From Planctomycetota bacterium (lineage in GTDB: Bacteria > Planctomycetota > PLA2 > JAEUHO01), in assembly GCA_050248855.1 (NCBI GenBank), contig JBFWRP010000008.1, positions 96,001 to 160,000 of the forward strand: a DNA stretch of 64,000 bases, given 5' to 3'. Of this stretch, positions 1-8,850 are shown piece by piece. Each line of letters opens with the position of its first letter. Within the stretch, counting starts at the first letter, position 1. The position numbers and the translations under genes were made by a program. The notes under the pieces are model-generated. The model was not told where the DNA came from. It was given only the letters and a program-made list of their open reading frames with translations, and searched no databases.

Positions 1-1285
1 TCACGTCGAGCGGGGCGCCCTCCGTCCGCTCGTCGGACACCCGGAGTTCGACGCCGTGCTCGGCCAGGAGGGAGCCCAGGCTCTCCGTGCAGCCCCGTGG
101 AAGCCCGATGTGCAGCGGCGACTCCTCTGCACACCCGATCACCCTGGGCGTCAGCGCCGTGGACAGCCGCATGCCTTGGCGCTCGTAGAACTGGGGATTC
201 TGGAACGCCGCCAGCCGCTTGATCTCGTTCAGGAGCGGAGACGGCAGCCCGGCCTTCTCCACGAACAGCCGCTGCGACGCCACGGCCGTCACGCGCGTCG
301 GAAGCGGCCCCTCGATCTTCGCGCGGCGTCGCGCTCGTGACGGGGAGCGGGTCCAGGGGGACGCCACCTCCTCGTCGTCGCCCGACGGAACCGGGAGCCC
401 CACGATCCGTCCCTCGCGCGCCGCCCGCGCCGCGATCTCCTCGACCTGGGCGCGCGGCGTCGGCTGGAGGTCGCTCAGGTACGCCCACGGGTCCTCCAGG
501 GGTTCGAGGTCGTTGTCCAGGAACAGGGTGTTGCCCTGCTTGCGCGCCTCGTACTGAAGCGGCAGCGCGATCAGGTTGCCAAACCCACCCGTGGGCATCG
601 TGTCCTGGCTCGGGAAGAACCGGTCGTACGAGGCGAGGCTCATCGCATGCCGGCGGCTCATCGTCGCCGTCAGGAGCGCGCAGCCCATCCTTCGTGCGAC
701 GGCCGCCGCCACGGGCTCCGCGAAGAACATCCAGGCGTGGGCGCCGTTCCCCGAGCGCGACCGTTCGAGCGTTACCGTGAGGCCCGCGTCGCGGCACGTG
801 TCGCGAAACGACCGCACGTCGTCCCGCCACGTCCGTTCGTCGAAGTCTGCGGCGAGAAGCCAGCACGTCTCATCGGACAGCAGGGGGTAGACACCCACGA
901 CGTGCTTTCCCCGCAGGTGCCCGAGCAGCACGTCGTCGTCAAGCGGCAGGAAGGCTCGACTCGGGCAGGCGCCACAGCGCACGCGTGGCTTCTCGCACAC
1001 GCCTCGCACCCACTCGTTGGCGCAGGCCGGCGCGTAGCCCTTCTTGGCCGTGCGGCGGTTCTCCCAGAGGCGTGGGTACACGTCGTCGCGACCGCGAAAG
1101 AACCGGCGGAAGAGAGCGAGCTTCTCGGCCGGCGCCATCAAGCCCGCGAGGCGATCGCCCTCGTCGGCGTTACGCGCGGCGCGCGCGCGAAGCCGCTCCA
1201 GGGTGACCAAGGTCCGCCGACGCTCGCGCTCGAGGGCGTCGAGACGCGCCTCGGCTTCGGCGATGGTTTGGGGATCGTCGGTCAC
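1..1285 (-). CDS. TOTE-type archaeo-eukaryotic primase domain protein, probably the N-terminus of a primase-SF2 helicase fusion (3' part beyond window)
   Basis: Manual minus-strand translation from GTG at 1285 (absent from the ORF track because it runs off the edge): LFRRFFRGRDDVYPRLWEN...GYAPACANEW..CEKP..CGAC, VVGVYPLLSDETCWLLAADFD, LERSRSGNGAHAWMFF, SYDRFFPSQDTMPTGGFGNLIALPLQ. Confidence 0.85.
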   Translation of the reverse strand, partial: MTDDPQTIAEAEARLDALERERRRTLVTLERLRARAARNADEGDRLAGLMAPAEKLALFRRFFRGRDDVYPRLWENRRTAKKGYAPACANEWVRGVCEKPRVRCGACPSRAFLPLDDDVLLGHLRGKHVVGVYPLLSDETCWLLAADFDERTWRDDVRSFRDTCRDAGLTVTLERSRSGNGAHAWMFFAEPVAAAVARRMGCALLTATMSRRHAMSLASYDRFFPSQDTMPTGGFGNLIALPLQYEARKQGNTLFLDNDLEPLEDPWAYLSDLQPTPRAQVEEIAARAAREGRIVGLPVPSGDDEEVASPWTRSPSRARRRAKIEGPLPTRVTAVASQRLFVEKAGLPSPLLNEIKRLAAFQNPQFYERQGMRLSTALTPRVIGCAEESPLHIGLPRGCTESLGSLLAEHGVELRVSDERTEGAPLDV

Positions 1286-1403
1286 CAGGGACGGCTCCGG
1301 GGCCGAGGCACCGGGCCGCGCAGGGTAGTCCGCGGCGCCGACAGGTCCGGGGCGCCGCGGGCCGTGGCCGCCTCGTGGGCCGCCCCTCGAGGCCTTCGAC
1401 GCG

Positions 1404-1676
1404 GTGGGGTGCCATCGCGACCTCGCGCCCGAGCCCGACGCCGCCCCCGGCGACCGCGGCCTGCTCCCCGACGGCACGGCCGCGGACGGCTTGGCCGGCC
1501 TTCGCGCCCGCCTGATGGCTTCGCCGGATCTCCAGCGCCGGTTCGCCGCCCAGGGCGGACACCGCTTCTCCGCCTACGTCCACGCCGTGGTCCAATCGGT
1601 GCCGTTCCGCTGGCGCGCCGTGCGCGTGCAGGTGGGGAACGCCGGGACCCCGGCGCGCGAAGAGGAGGAGCGATGA
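1404..1676 (+). pseudogene. C-terminal remnant of a DUF1592/DUF1588/DUF1585-type planctomycete protein
   Basis: GLLPDGTAADGLAGLRARL...HRFSAYVHAVVQSVPFRWR resembles the DUF1585 tail. It ends overlapping the DUF1552 start (ATGA), the usual partner arrangement, but is only ~90 aa. Confidence 0.55.
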
Positions 1677-3016
1677 GCGAGCACCCGCCCATGCCCCGCC
1701 TCCCTGCGCGCGCAGGCCACGCTCACACGCGACCCGCCCTTGACCGCCGTACGGTCCTGCGCGGACTGGGCGCCGCGCTCACGCTGCCGTGGCTCGACGC
1801 CTTCGTGCCGCGCCTCGCACGCGCCGACACGGTCAAGCCCCCGGTACGCCTCGCGTTCCTCTTCGCCCCCAACGGCGTGCATGCGCCCGCGTGGTTCGTC
1901 GAGCCAGGCTTGAAGCCCGAGGACCCGCTCTCGCCCAGCCTGGAGCCCCTCCAGCCCGTGCGCCAGCACGTCACGTTCCTGCGCGGCCTCGACCAAGACG
2001 CCGCCCGGGCGCACGGCGACGGCCCTGGCGACCACGCCCGCAGCGCCGCCGTCTTCCTCACCAGCGTGCACCCCGTGAAGACGGCGGGCCCCGGCATCCG
2101 CGCCGGCATCAGCATCGACCAAGTCGCCGCCAACAAGCTGCGCGGCAAGACCCGACTGGCGAGCCTCGAGATGGGCCTGGAGCGTGGCCGCACGTCGGGC
2201 AGCTGCGACAGCGGCTACGCCTGCGCCTACTCCAACCACATCTCCTGGGCCGACCCCTACACGCCCAACCCCAAGGAGGTGGACCCGCGCCGCGTCTTCG
2301 AACGCCTCTTCGGCGCCGACCGGGACGCCGCCCGCAGCGACTCGGCGGGCCTACGGCGTTCGGTGCTCGACGCCACCGCCGACGACATGAGGCGGCTGCG
2401 CCATCGCCTCGGCGCGCCCGACCGCCATCGCCTGGACGGCTGGCTCGAGGGCCTTCGCAGCGCCGAGCGCCGCATCGAGGAAGCCGAGCGCCACGACCGC
2501 GAGGTCAGGGAGCGCCTCGGCGACCACGAGCCCCCCTCGGGCATCCCGAAGCGCCATCCCGACCATGCCCGCCTCATGAGCGAGCTGATCGTGCTCGCCT
2601 TCCAGACCGACGCCACCCGCGTCATCACGCACATGCTGGGCAACGGCGGCAGCAACCGCGTCTACGACTTCCTCGGCATTCGCGATGGCCACCACTCCCT
2701 ATCCCACCACGCCGGCGACCTCGCCAAGATCGAGGCCATCAAGCGCATCGACCGCTGGCACGCCTCCGAGTTCGCCTGGCTTGTGCAGAGCATGGCGGAG
2801 ACGCCGGATGGGGACGGCATGCTCATCGACAACGTGGCGGTGCTGTGGGGGAGCGGGATCCGCGACGGGAACCGGCATGATCACCATGATCTGCCGTTGC
2901 TGTTGGCGGGGCGTGACGTCATCGGTACGCGCCCTGCGTCCGCAGTTGTCGCGGCGCGTCACGGAACGGGACTGGACACGTTCATGCAGAGACTGGTCGC
3001 ATTGGCTGCGACTTAG
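1673..3016 (+). CDS. DUF1552 domain protein (C-terminus appears truncated or replaced)
   Basis: GAGGAG RBS then ATG at 1673. Tat-like LDRRTVLRGLGAALTLPWLD; RLAFLFAPNGV; GISIDQVAA; CDSGYACAYSNHISW; LAFQTDATRVIT; GHHSLSHH; DGNRHDHHDLPLLLAG, after which the usual tail is missing. Confidence 0.85.
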   Translation: MSEHPPMPRLPARAGHAHTRPALDRRTVLRGLGAALTLPWLDAFVPRLARADTVKPPVRLAFLFAPNGVHAPAWFVEPGLKPEDPLSPSLEPLQPVRQHVTFLRGLDQDAARAHGDGPGDHARSAAVFLTSVHPVKTAGPGIRAGISIDQVAANKLRGKTRLASLEMGLERGRTSGSCDSGYACAYSNHISWADPYTPNPKEVDPRRVFERLFGADRDAARSDSAGLRRSVLDATADDMRRLRHRLGAPDRHRLDGWLEGLRSAERRIEEAERHDREVRERLGDHEPPSGIPKRHPDHARLMSELIVLAFQTDATRVITHMLGNGGSNRVYDFLGIRDGHHSLSHHAGDLAKIEAIKRIDRWHASEFAWLVQSMAETPDGDGMLIDNVAVLWGSGIRDGNRHDHHDLPLLLAGRDVIGTRPASAVVAARHGTGLDTFMQRLVALAAT

Positions 3017-3346
3017 CTTGTGGTTCAGGCCCCTGCCTGCGGGCCTGAGGCGCCGACTTGACAGGCCGAGGCGCTACGATCCTCGGGGCGCCCGAACGGA
3101 CGGCGGCGCATGGCGCAAGTCGCGCAGCTGCGCGGACTTGTGCGTGGTGTGCCTCGTGCGCTGCCCCGGCCTCGATGACGTAGGGATCCGTCCGTACCCG
3201 CAAACGTGCCGGTGCGGGCGAGAACACGCTCTGGATCGACGCCCGATCGCAATCCAGTCGGCTCCCGAGTGCCCGCGAATGAGGCACGATGGCTGGATCC
3301 TGCCAGCACTCTCGCCCCGGATCGCGGGAGGGCTCCGCAGCCTCGG

Positions 3347-4400
3347 TCACCAATCACCGCGAATCGCGGCAATCGCCTCGTTGAGGGCGCCGCGCATCGT
3401 CGCCTCAGTCTCTGGTACTGCCCGCCTCAAGTGCTCGAGATCAGTCAGCGCGACCGATGCATCGGGACCAACCCGACCCAAGGCGCGAACGGCCTCGATC
3501 CTGACGCGCCGGCGGGGATCAGCGACTAGCTCCACGAGCCGCGGTACAGCCCGAGCCGCGTCACGCCCCAGGGCGGGCACGGCCTCGATGACGAAGACCA
3601 GCGCGTCCCCTTCCTGCACCTGCCTGAGGCCTTCGATCACGACGCGCGTTGCGGCCGACATTGGAGCCCTGAGCAGTGCGAGTCTGTCGAATGCCACTTA
3701 CGCGAAGAAGCAGGCGTCCTTGTGGCCGAGAGCCTGGGCGACAGGAACCACTGCTGGCTCGCCAACCTCGGACAGGATGTAGGGGCCCCACGACATGGGC
3801 CACGGTATGCGTTCACCCCCTGGGGTGCGGACGGGCGGCTCGCCAGTTGCTCGGTCCCACCGTGAGGGGTGCAGGGGTGGTGCGGAACCAGCACCCCTGC
3901 TGCGCAGGCGAAGCCGGAGCACCGAATCCGCGCGTGAGCGCGGAACGCCAACGGGGGATCAGACCACGAGTCGTCGCCGGTGCGGGCGCGCTACCGTCGC
4001 CCTGGCGACCCGCACGTCCGCACTCCAGGGGCTGAACGCTCACGGGCCACGAGATGTGTGCACCGCTCGCTCCCCGCCTCTCGTACTTGGCGAGGGCGGC
4101 GTGCATCAGCGGATCCACGACGGCCTCGCCCAACGCAGCGACCGCATCCGCAGCCGCGTGCATCACGCGCCGATCCTCATGCGCCAGGAGGGGGATCAGG
4201 TCGTCGATCGGGCGGGCCGCATCGGGTCCTTGCTCCTTGACCTCCCCGAGGATACTCACCAGTCTCTCCGCATTGGCGGTGTTGCGGTCCCAGAGCCGCC
4301 GCCCGAGCCTGGGGACTTCCGGGTAGAACGGCCACCGCCCTGGCGGAGGAGTACGGATTCGGGATTCCGCTTGGAGTGGGAGCTGCCCCCGATAGTCCAT
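3347..4400 (-). pseudogene. HEAT-repeat protein disrupted by a frameshift and an in-frame stop
   Basis: HEAT motifs in three pieces: LIPLLAHEDRRVMHAAADAVAALG (3813-4400), LSEVGEPAVVPVAQALGHKD (3698-3922, different frame), then TAA at 3698-3700 followed in frame by AVPRLVELVADPRRRVRIEAVRALGRVGPDA (3347-3697). Confidence 0.6.
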
Positions 4401-4470
4401 TGATGGGCAGGTGCGGCGGGGAATCGCAAGGCGCCAGGAGGCCTGGGTGGGGGAGCCTCACGGCGTGCAT

Positions 4471-4506
4471 CTGCTTCGTCTGTTTCGGTTGTTTCGTTTG
4501 TTGCCA
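4471..4506 (+). promoter_or_regulatory. Four imperfect 9-bp direct repeats, putative autoregulatory operator of the HTH/PIN operon
   Basis: CTGCTTCGT CTGTTTCGG TTGTTTCGT TTGTTGCCA directly upstream of ATG 4518; T-rich in a GC-rich background. Confidence 0.5.
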
Positions 4507-4517
4507 GACTCCCGGTC

Positions 4518-4970
4518 ATGAGCACGCTCGAAGTCAAGATGCCCTCGAAGGCCCTGACGCAGCGGGCCCGCGAGGCTCTGCGCGCACTGTCCGAACTCCC
4601 GCGGTCCCGCGGGCGCATCGTGCGCCTGCGGCCGGTGGGAGTGGAGCAGCCCATCACAGTGGACGTGCCGCTCGAGGCCTTCCAGATGCTCATGGCGGTC
4701 CTCGGCCAGATGGCGAACGGGAACGCCGTGACCCTGGTTCCGATCCACGCGGAACTCACCACGCAGCAGGCCGCGGACCTCCTGAACGTCTCGCGCCCGC
4801 ACCTGGTCCGACTCATCGAGGAGGGGAAGATCCCGTCGCGGAAGGTGGGCACCCATCGCCGCCTGCGAGCAGACGACGTGCTGCGATTCCGCATGGAAGA
4901 GGAGAAGCGTCGCAAGACCGTGCTGGACGAGCTAGCGGCCGAAGCACAGAAGTACGGTCTCGGGTACTGA
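4518..4970 (+). CDS. Excisionase-family (HTH_17) DNA-binding protein, putative antitoxin
   Basis: GQMANGNAVTLVPIHAELTTQQAADLLNVSRPHLVRLIEEGKIPSRKVGTHRRL...LDELAAEAQKYGLGY; followed 12 bp later by a PIN gene. Confidence 0.9.
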   Translation: MSTLEVKMPSKALTQRAREALRALSELPRSRGRIVRLRPVGVEQPITVDVPLEAFQMLMAVLGQMANGNAVTLVPIHAELTTQQAADLLNVSRPHLVRLIEEGKIPSRKVGTHRRLRADDVLRFRMEEEKRRKTVLDELAAEAQKYGLGY

Positions 4971-4982
4971 CCGGACGTCCGC

Positions 4983-5552
4983 GTGCTGCTCGTTGTCGTC
5001 CTCGACGCGTGCGTCCTCCATCCCGCGCCGCTACGAGACCTGCTGATCCGGCTCGATCTCGCGGGCATGGTGCGCGCCCGGTGGTCGGAGCGGATCGTGG
5101 AAGAGTGCTTCGCAAGCATCTGCGCTCGGCGTCCGGACCTCGCACCCGAGGCGCTGGACCGAACCCGCGAACTCATGAAGCTCGCGATTCCCGACTGGGA
5201 GATCACTGGCTTCGAGGATCTCATCGAGGACCTGGAACTCCCCGACCCGGCCGACCGTCATGTTCTCGCGGCGGCGATCCGCGGCAGTGCGCAGATCCTC
5301 GTGACGACGAACGTGAAGGACTTCCCGTCGTCCGCGCTGGCTGCGCACGGCCTCGAGGTACAGCCCCCGGACGACTTCATCCTGGAGCGCATCGAAGAGG
5401 CACCGGCCCTCGTGGCGCAGGTCGTGATGGAGCAGGCGGCGACGCTGAGGAGCCCACCGTGTACGATCGACGACGTACTCATCACGGCGCTGCAAGATGA
5501 CGGGATCGTGCGCTCCGTGGCGCGACTTCGGGACCTTCGTGGGGCACCGTAG
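4983..5552 (+). CDS. PIN-domain (VapC-like) putative toxin
   Basis: VVLDACVLHPAPLRDLL, RARWSERIVEE, LPDPADRHVLAAAIRGSAQILVTTNVKDFP. Confidence 0.9.
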   Translation: MLLVVVLDACVLHPAPLRDLLIRLDLAGMVRARWSERIVEECFASICARRPDLAPEALDRTRELMKLAIPDWEITGFEDLIEDLELPDPADRHVLAAAIRGSAQILVTTNVKDFPSSALAAHGLEVQPPDDFILERIEEAPALVAQVVMEQAATLRSPPCTIDDVLITALQDDGIVRSVARLRDLRGAP

Positions 5553-5744
5553 AGGGGCGCACCTCCATCGGCGCAGCAGGGCGGGCGGACGCGGTGAAGG
5601 GGAAGCGGGCGAAGAAGGCGGGTCGCGGGACGCCGCGCGGGCGCCGTCACGCGTGGCCCAACGTGGCGAGTCTGGTTGGCGACGACGGCGCAACGGTCGA
5701 CACCCACGGTGGGCTGCGCCCACCCCGACGATTGGAGAAGCACC

Positions 5745-6302
5745 ATGGATCCTGAGCTTGTCGAACGCCTCGTCGCGCTACGTCTGGATGCGTCCATGGA
5801 GCAGGGATGCCCCTACGTCGCCGTTCCCCTCGACGAGAACGGCCAACCCGCCGGGTCCAGGGGTGACGAGTGGCTCGTGGTTTTCACGGGCGGGCCGCCC
5901 GTTCCCGTCCGACTGAAACCCCTTGCCGATCTCTGGACCGGCGACGTGCGGCCGCCCGACTTGGGGTCGCGTCCCCCCAGCGAGTACCTGCCCTTCTTGG
6001 CCACGATCGAACGCACGGCAGCCGCCTACGTCGCGGCCACGCAGACCCAGGAGACGGACCAGGAGTTCGAGCGTCTCTACTCCCTGCTCCGGCGCCGTCC
6101 GGCAGGTCGCGATGACCATCCGTTGTTCGGCTACCTGCAGGCGGCCGTGCGGCTGTACATGTCGCTGCGCGCGACGAGCCAGGCCGAGTTCGAGGCCGTG
6201 GTCCGGCGGCTGGAACAGTCGGCGCGGACATTCTCGGAGGGATACGCGAGCACGAACTACACGAGGTACGCGCTCCAGCCTCTGATCGGCAGCGGTCGCT
6301 GA
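5745..6302 (+). CDS. Hypothetical protein
   Basis: GGAG RBS and ATG at 5745; protein-like composition (YLPFLATIE, DQEFERLYSLLRRRP); no family recognised. Confidence 0.7.
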   Translation: MDPELVERLVALRLDASMEQGCPYVAVPLDENGQPAGSRGDEWLVVFTGGPPVPVRLKPLADLWTGDVRPPDLGSRPPSEYLPFLATIERTAAAYVAATQTQETDQEFERLYSLLRRRPAGRDDHPLFGYLQAAVRLYMSLRATSQAEFEAVVRRLEQSARTFSEGYASTNYTRYALQPLIGSGR

Positions 6303-6317
6303 GCGTAGCATTCGCTG

Positions 6318-6440
6318 AGCCGACTGCCCGAGCCGACGCGGCGGGCGATCCTGATGATGAGGAAGCAGCATCCGGAGTGGGGCCAGGATCGCATGTACGA
6401 CATGCTGCTCAGGAGCCAGGGCCTGGGGACCAGTCCGGCT
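6318..6440 (+). mobile_element. Short remnant of an IS481/IS3-like transposase (HTH region)
   Basis: Translates to SRLPEPTRRAILMMRKQHPEWGQDRMYDMLLRSQGLGTSP, matching the '..ilxlrxxHPxWGxxRi..' segment of IS481-type transposases; no DDE domain present. Confidence 0.5.
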
Positions 6441-6565
6441 CGCGACGACCGCCATGTGCGCGAGCCTGCAACAACCTCCGCCGCTTCCGTGCCGGGGATC
6501 TTCCCGCCGTGGCGCGTGCCGTCCGTACCCGTGCAGTCAGGATTGGCTCTGCGTATCGTGCACCC

Positions 6566-7561
6566 ATGCGCGTTCTCGTGACCGGCGCCGGCGGTTTCAT
6601 CGGCCACCATCTCGTTGTCCGCCTCAAGGCACGCGGCCATTGGGTCCGGGGCGTGGACATCAAGCGTCCCGAGTTCGCCCCGAGTCCGGCCGACGAGTTC
6701 CTACTGCTCGACCTCCGCAGGCAGGACGCCAGCCGCACGGCTACGGTGGGCGTGACACACGTCTACGCCCTGGCCGCGGACATGGGGGGAATGGGGTACC
6801 TGAGTGGGCACCACACCGATGTGCTGGCCAACAACCTGCTGATCGACATCCAGACGATCCAAGGTGCGCGCGAGAATGGCGTGGAGCGGGTCCTCTATGC
6901 GTCGACCGCGTGCGTGTACCCGGAGTCCCGGCAGGTCCAGCCGGACGCGCTGCCCTTGCGCGAAGTCGATGCCTATCCAGCGATGCCGGACGCGGCCTAC
7001 GGGTGGGGGAAGCTGACCACCGAGCGCCTGTTGCTGCACGCCCACGAGGAGTTCGGTCTCGAGGTGCGCATCGCACGCTTCCACAACATCTTCGGCGAGC
7101 TGGGCACCTGGACCGGCGGCCGCGAGAAGGTGCCTGCGGCTCTCTGCCGCAAGGTCGCACTGGCCAAGCTGACCGGGGCTCGCGAGATCGAGATCTGGGG
7201 CGACGGTGAGCAGACGCGCTCGTTTTGCCATGTTGCCGACTGCATCGAGGGCCTGGAGCGCTTCATGGCCAGCGGCTACAACGAACCCCTCAACCTTGGC
7301 CAGGACCGGATGATCTCGATCAACGCCCTGGCCGACCTGGTCGCGGCAATCGCGGGGATCCCGATCGGGAAGCGTCATGTGCCCGGACCCCAGGGGGTGC
7401 GCGGCCGCACCTCCGACAACACCCGCCTGCGCGAGGTCCTGGGTTGGGTGCCGACGCTGTCGCTGGAGGAGGGCCTCGCCCGCACCTACGCGTGGATCGA
7501 GCGGCAAGTGGCCCAGGCCCTGCAACGTGGCGATCTGCAGGGGGCTGCGTCGCAGGCGTGA
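6566..7561 (+). CDS. NAD-dependent epimerase, GDP-mannose 3,5-epimerase (GME)-like
   Basis: MRVLVTGAGGFIGHHL, ALAADMGGMGY, YASTACVYP (Cys as in GME), AYGWGK (YxxxK), ARFHNIFG..GTWTGGREKVPAALCRKVA, EIWGDGEQTRSFC, PGPQGVRGRTSDNT. Confidence 0.88.
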   Translation: MRVLVTGAGGFIGHHLVVRLKARGHWVRGVDIKRPEFAPSPADEFLLLDLRRQDASRTATVGVTHVYALAADMGGMGYLSGHHTDVLANNLLIDIQTIQGARENGVERVLYASTACVYPESRQVQPDALPLREVDAYPAMPDAAYGWGKLTTERLLLHAHEEFGLEVRIARFHNIFGELGTWTGGREKVPAALCRKVALAKLTGAREIEIWGDGEQTRSFCHVADCIEGLERFMASGYNEPLNLGQDRMISINALADLVAAIAGIPIGKRHVPGPQGVRGRTSDNTRLREVLGWVPTLSLEEGLARTYAWIERQVAQALQRGDLQGAASQA

Positions 7562-7623
7562 GGACGGCCGCGTACCCGTGGGCACCCGGCGCGCCGCAGC
7601 GTCCGCCGCGGTAGCCTGCGCGC

Positions 7624-8850
7624 GTGACGCAGGCTTCGGCTTCCCCCATGGCGACCGGGCCGCACGACCGGCTCTGGCACGACGCATCGCCGTTCGTGGC
7701 GCAGCGCGAGCGCAGCCAGGACGCGCTCGCCGCGATCGCCGAGACGCTCCGCGCGCGGGCCCCGCTGCACGTCGACGAGGACACGTTCCTGGCCCTGCAC
7801 GACGCCGTGTGCCGCCTCCCCGAGACCAGCCGGGCGAGCGTGTGGGCGAGCCCGGCTGCCCATGCGTGGACGTGGCGCACGTTCGCCGCGCTGCGCACCT
7901 GCCTCCGCGAGCCCGGCGACGCCGAGGGAAGGGGGCGCCTCCGTTCGCAGCTCGGGGCGTTTGGAGTGTTCGTCCAGGCCGTGGTGCACGTCGCCGGCGC
8001 CGAGGTCGACCTGCCGGGGCGCCCCGCCGCCGAGGCCGTCCATCTGCCCGGGACCCGGCTGGTGCGGGAAGCTGGCCAGTGGGTGCAGCGCCCGGTCGTT
8101 CACCACGCCGACGCCCGCATCGCCCTGCTGCCGGAAGCCCTGTGTGTCCCCGGGGCGGCCTGGCCCGACGCCGAGCAGTCCCGGGCCATGGGCGTGGACT
8201 TCCATCTGCAGCACGTTGACCAGCTGAGCGAAGCCCTCGGGCTGATCGAGCATCACCAGCCCGCGACGTTCACGCAGCTGCGTGACCACATGCAGGTGAT
8301 CGCCCTGCTGCCCGAGGATGCCCGTCGCTACCCCAACGCGAGCAGCTCGGAGCATCCCGGAGCCATGCTGCTGGGCGCCTACGGCGATCCCTACGACCTT
8401 GCCGACCACATGATCCACGAGCACTATCACAACCGCCTGTTCGCCCTGGAAGGCCAGGAGGCACTCCTGGAGCCGGGCGACGGCCCGAGCGAGCGGTTCT
8501 ACTCACCGTGGCGCGACGAGCGGCGTTCGCTGCGCGGTCTGCTGCACGGAGCCTACGTGTTCGTGCCGGTGCACGACTACTGGCGTGCCGTGCACCGGGA
8601 CGCCCCTGGCGACGCCGCGGCCTCGGCGGCAGCCGACCGTGCCGCGCGCGCCGCGCTGCAGCTGCGGCTTGCGATCGGCATGCTGGAGCGCTTGGCCCGC
8701 CTCACCGACGCGGGGGCGACGCTGCTCGATGGCATCCGGCAGCGCCTCCGCACCACGTCCATGGCAGCGGCTGCGTCGCCGGCCATCCGCGCCGTTGTCG
8801 AAGACCACGTCCGCAGGTTCGACGGAGCAGGTCACGCCAAGGGCTTGTAG
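7624..8850 (+). CDS. aKG-HExxH-type peptide beta-hydroxylase (HEXXH motif peptide-modification protein)
   Basis: ALGLIEHHQP, NASSSEHPGAMLL, LADHMIHEHYHNRLFALE, FYSPWRDERRSLRGLLHGAYVF, LTDAGATLL: the HExxH + SPWRxDxRP + LLHgxY signature. Confidence 0.88.
   Translation: MTQASASPMATGPHDRLWHDASPFVAQRERSQDALAAIAETLRARAPLHVDEDTFLALHDAVCRLPETSRASVWASPAAHAWTWRTFAALRTCLREPGDAEGRGRLRSQLGAFGVFVQAVVHVAGAEVDLPGRPAAEAVHLPGTRLVREAGQWVQRPVVHHADARIALLPEALCVPGAAWPDAEQSRAMGVDFHLQHVDQLSEALGLIEHHQPATFTQLRDHMQVIALLPEDARRYPNASSSEHPGAMLLGAYGDPYDLADHMIHEHYHNRLFALEGQEALLEPGDGPSERFYSPWRDERRSLRGLLHGAYVFVPVHDYWRAVHRDAPGDAAASAAADRAARAALQLRLAIGMLERLARLTDAGATLLDGIRQRLRTTSMAAAASPAIRAVVEDHVRRFDGAGHAKGL

Noticed and set aside
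4518..4970. Excisionase as evidence of a prophage or ICE
   Set aside because: It is paired with a PIN gene in the usual TA layout; no integrase or phage genes are nearby.
7624..8850. HExxH protein as a zinc metalloprotease
   Set aside because: The SPWR..R and LLHG.Y motifs after HExxH fit the aKG-dependent hydroxylase family better.
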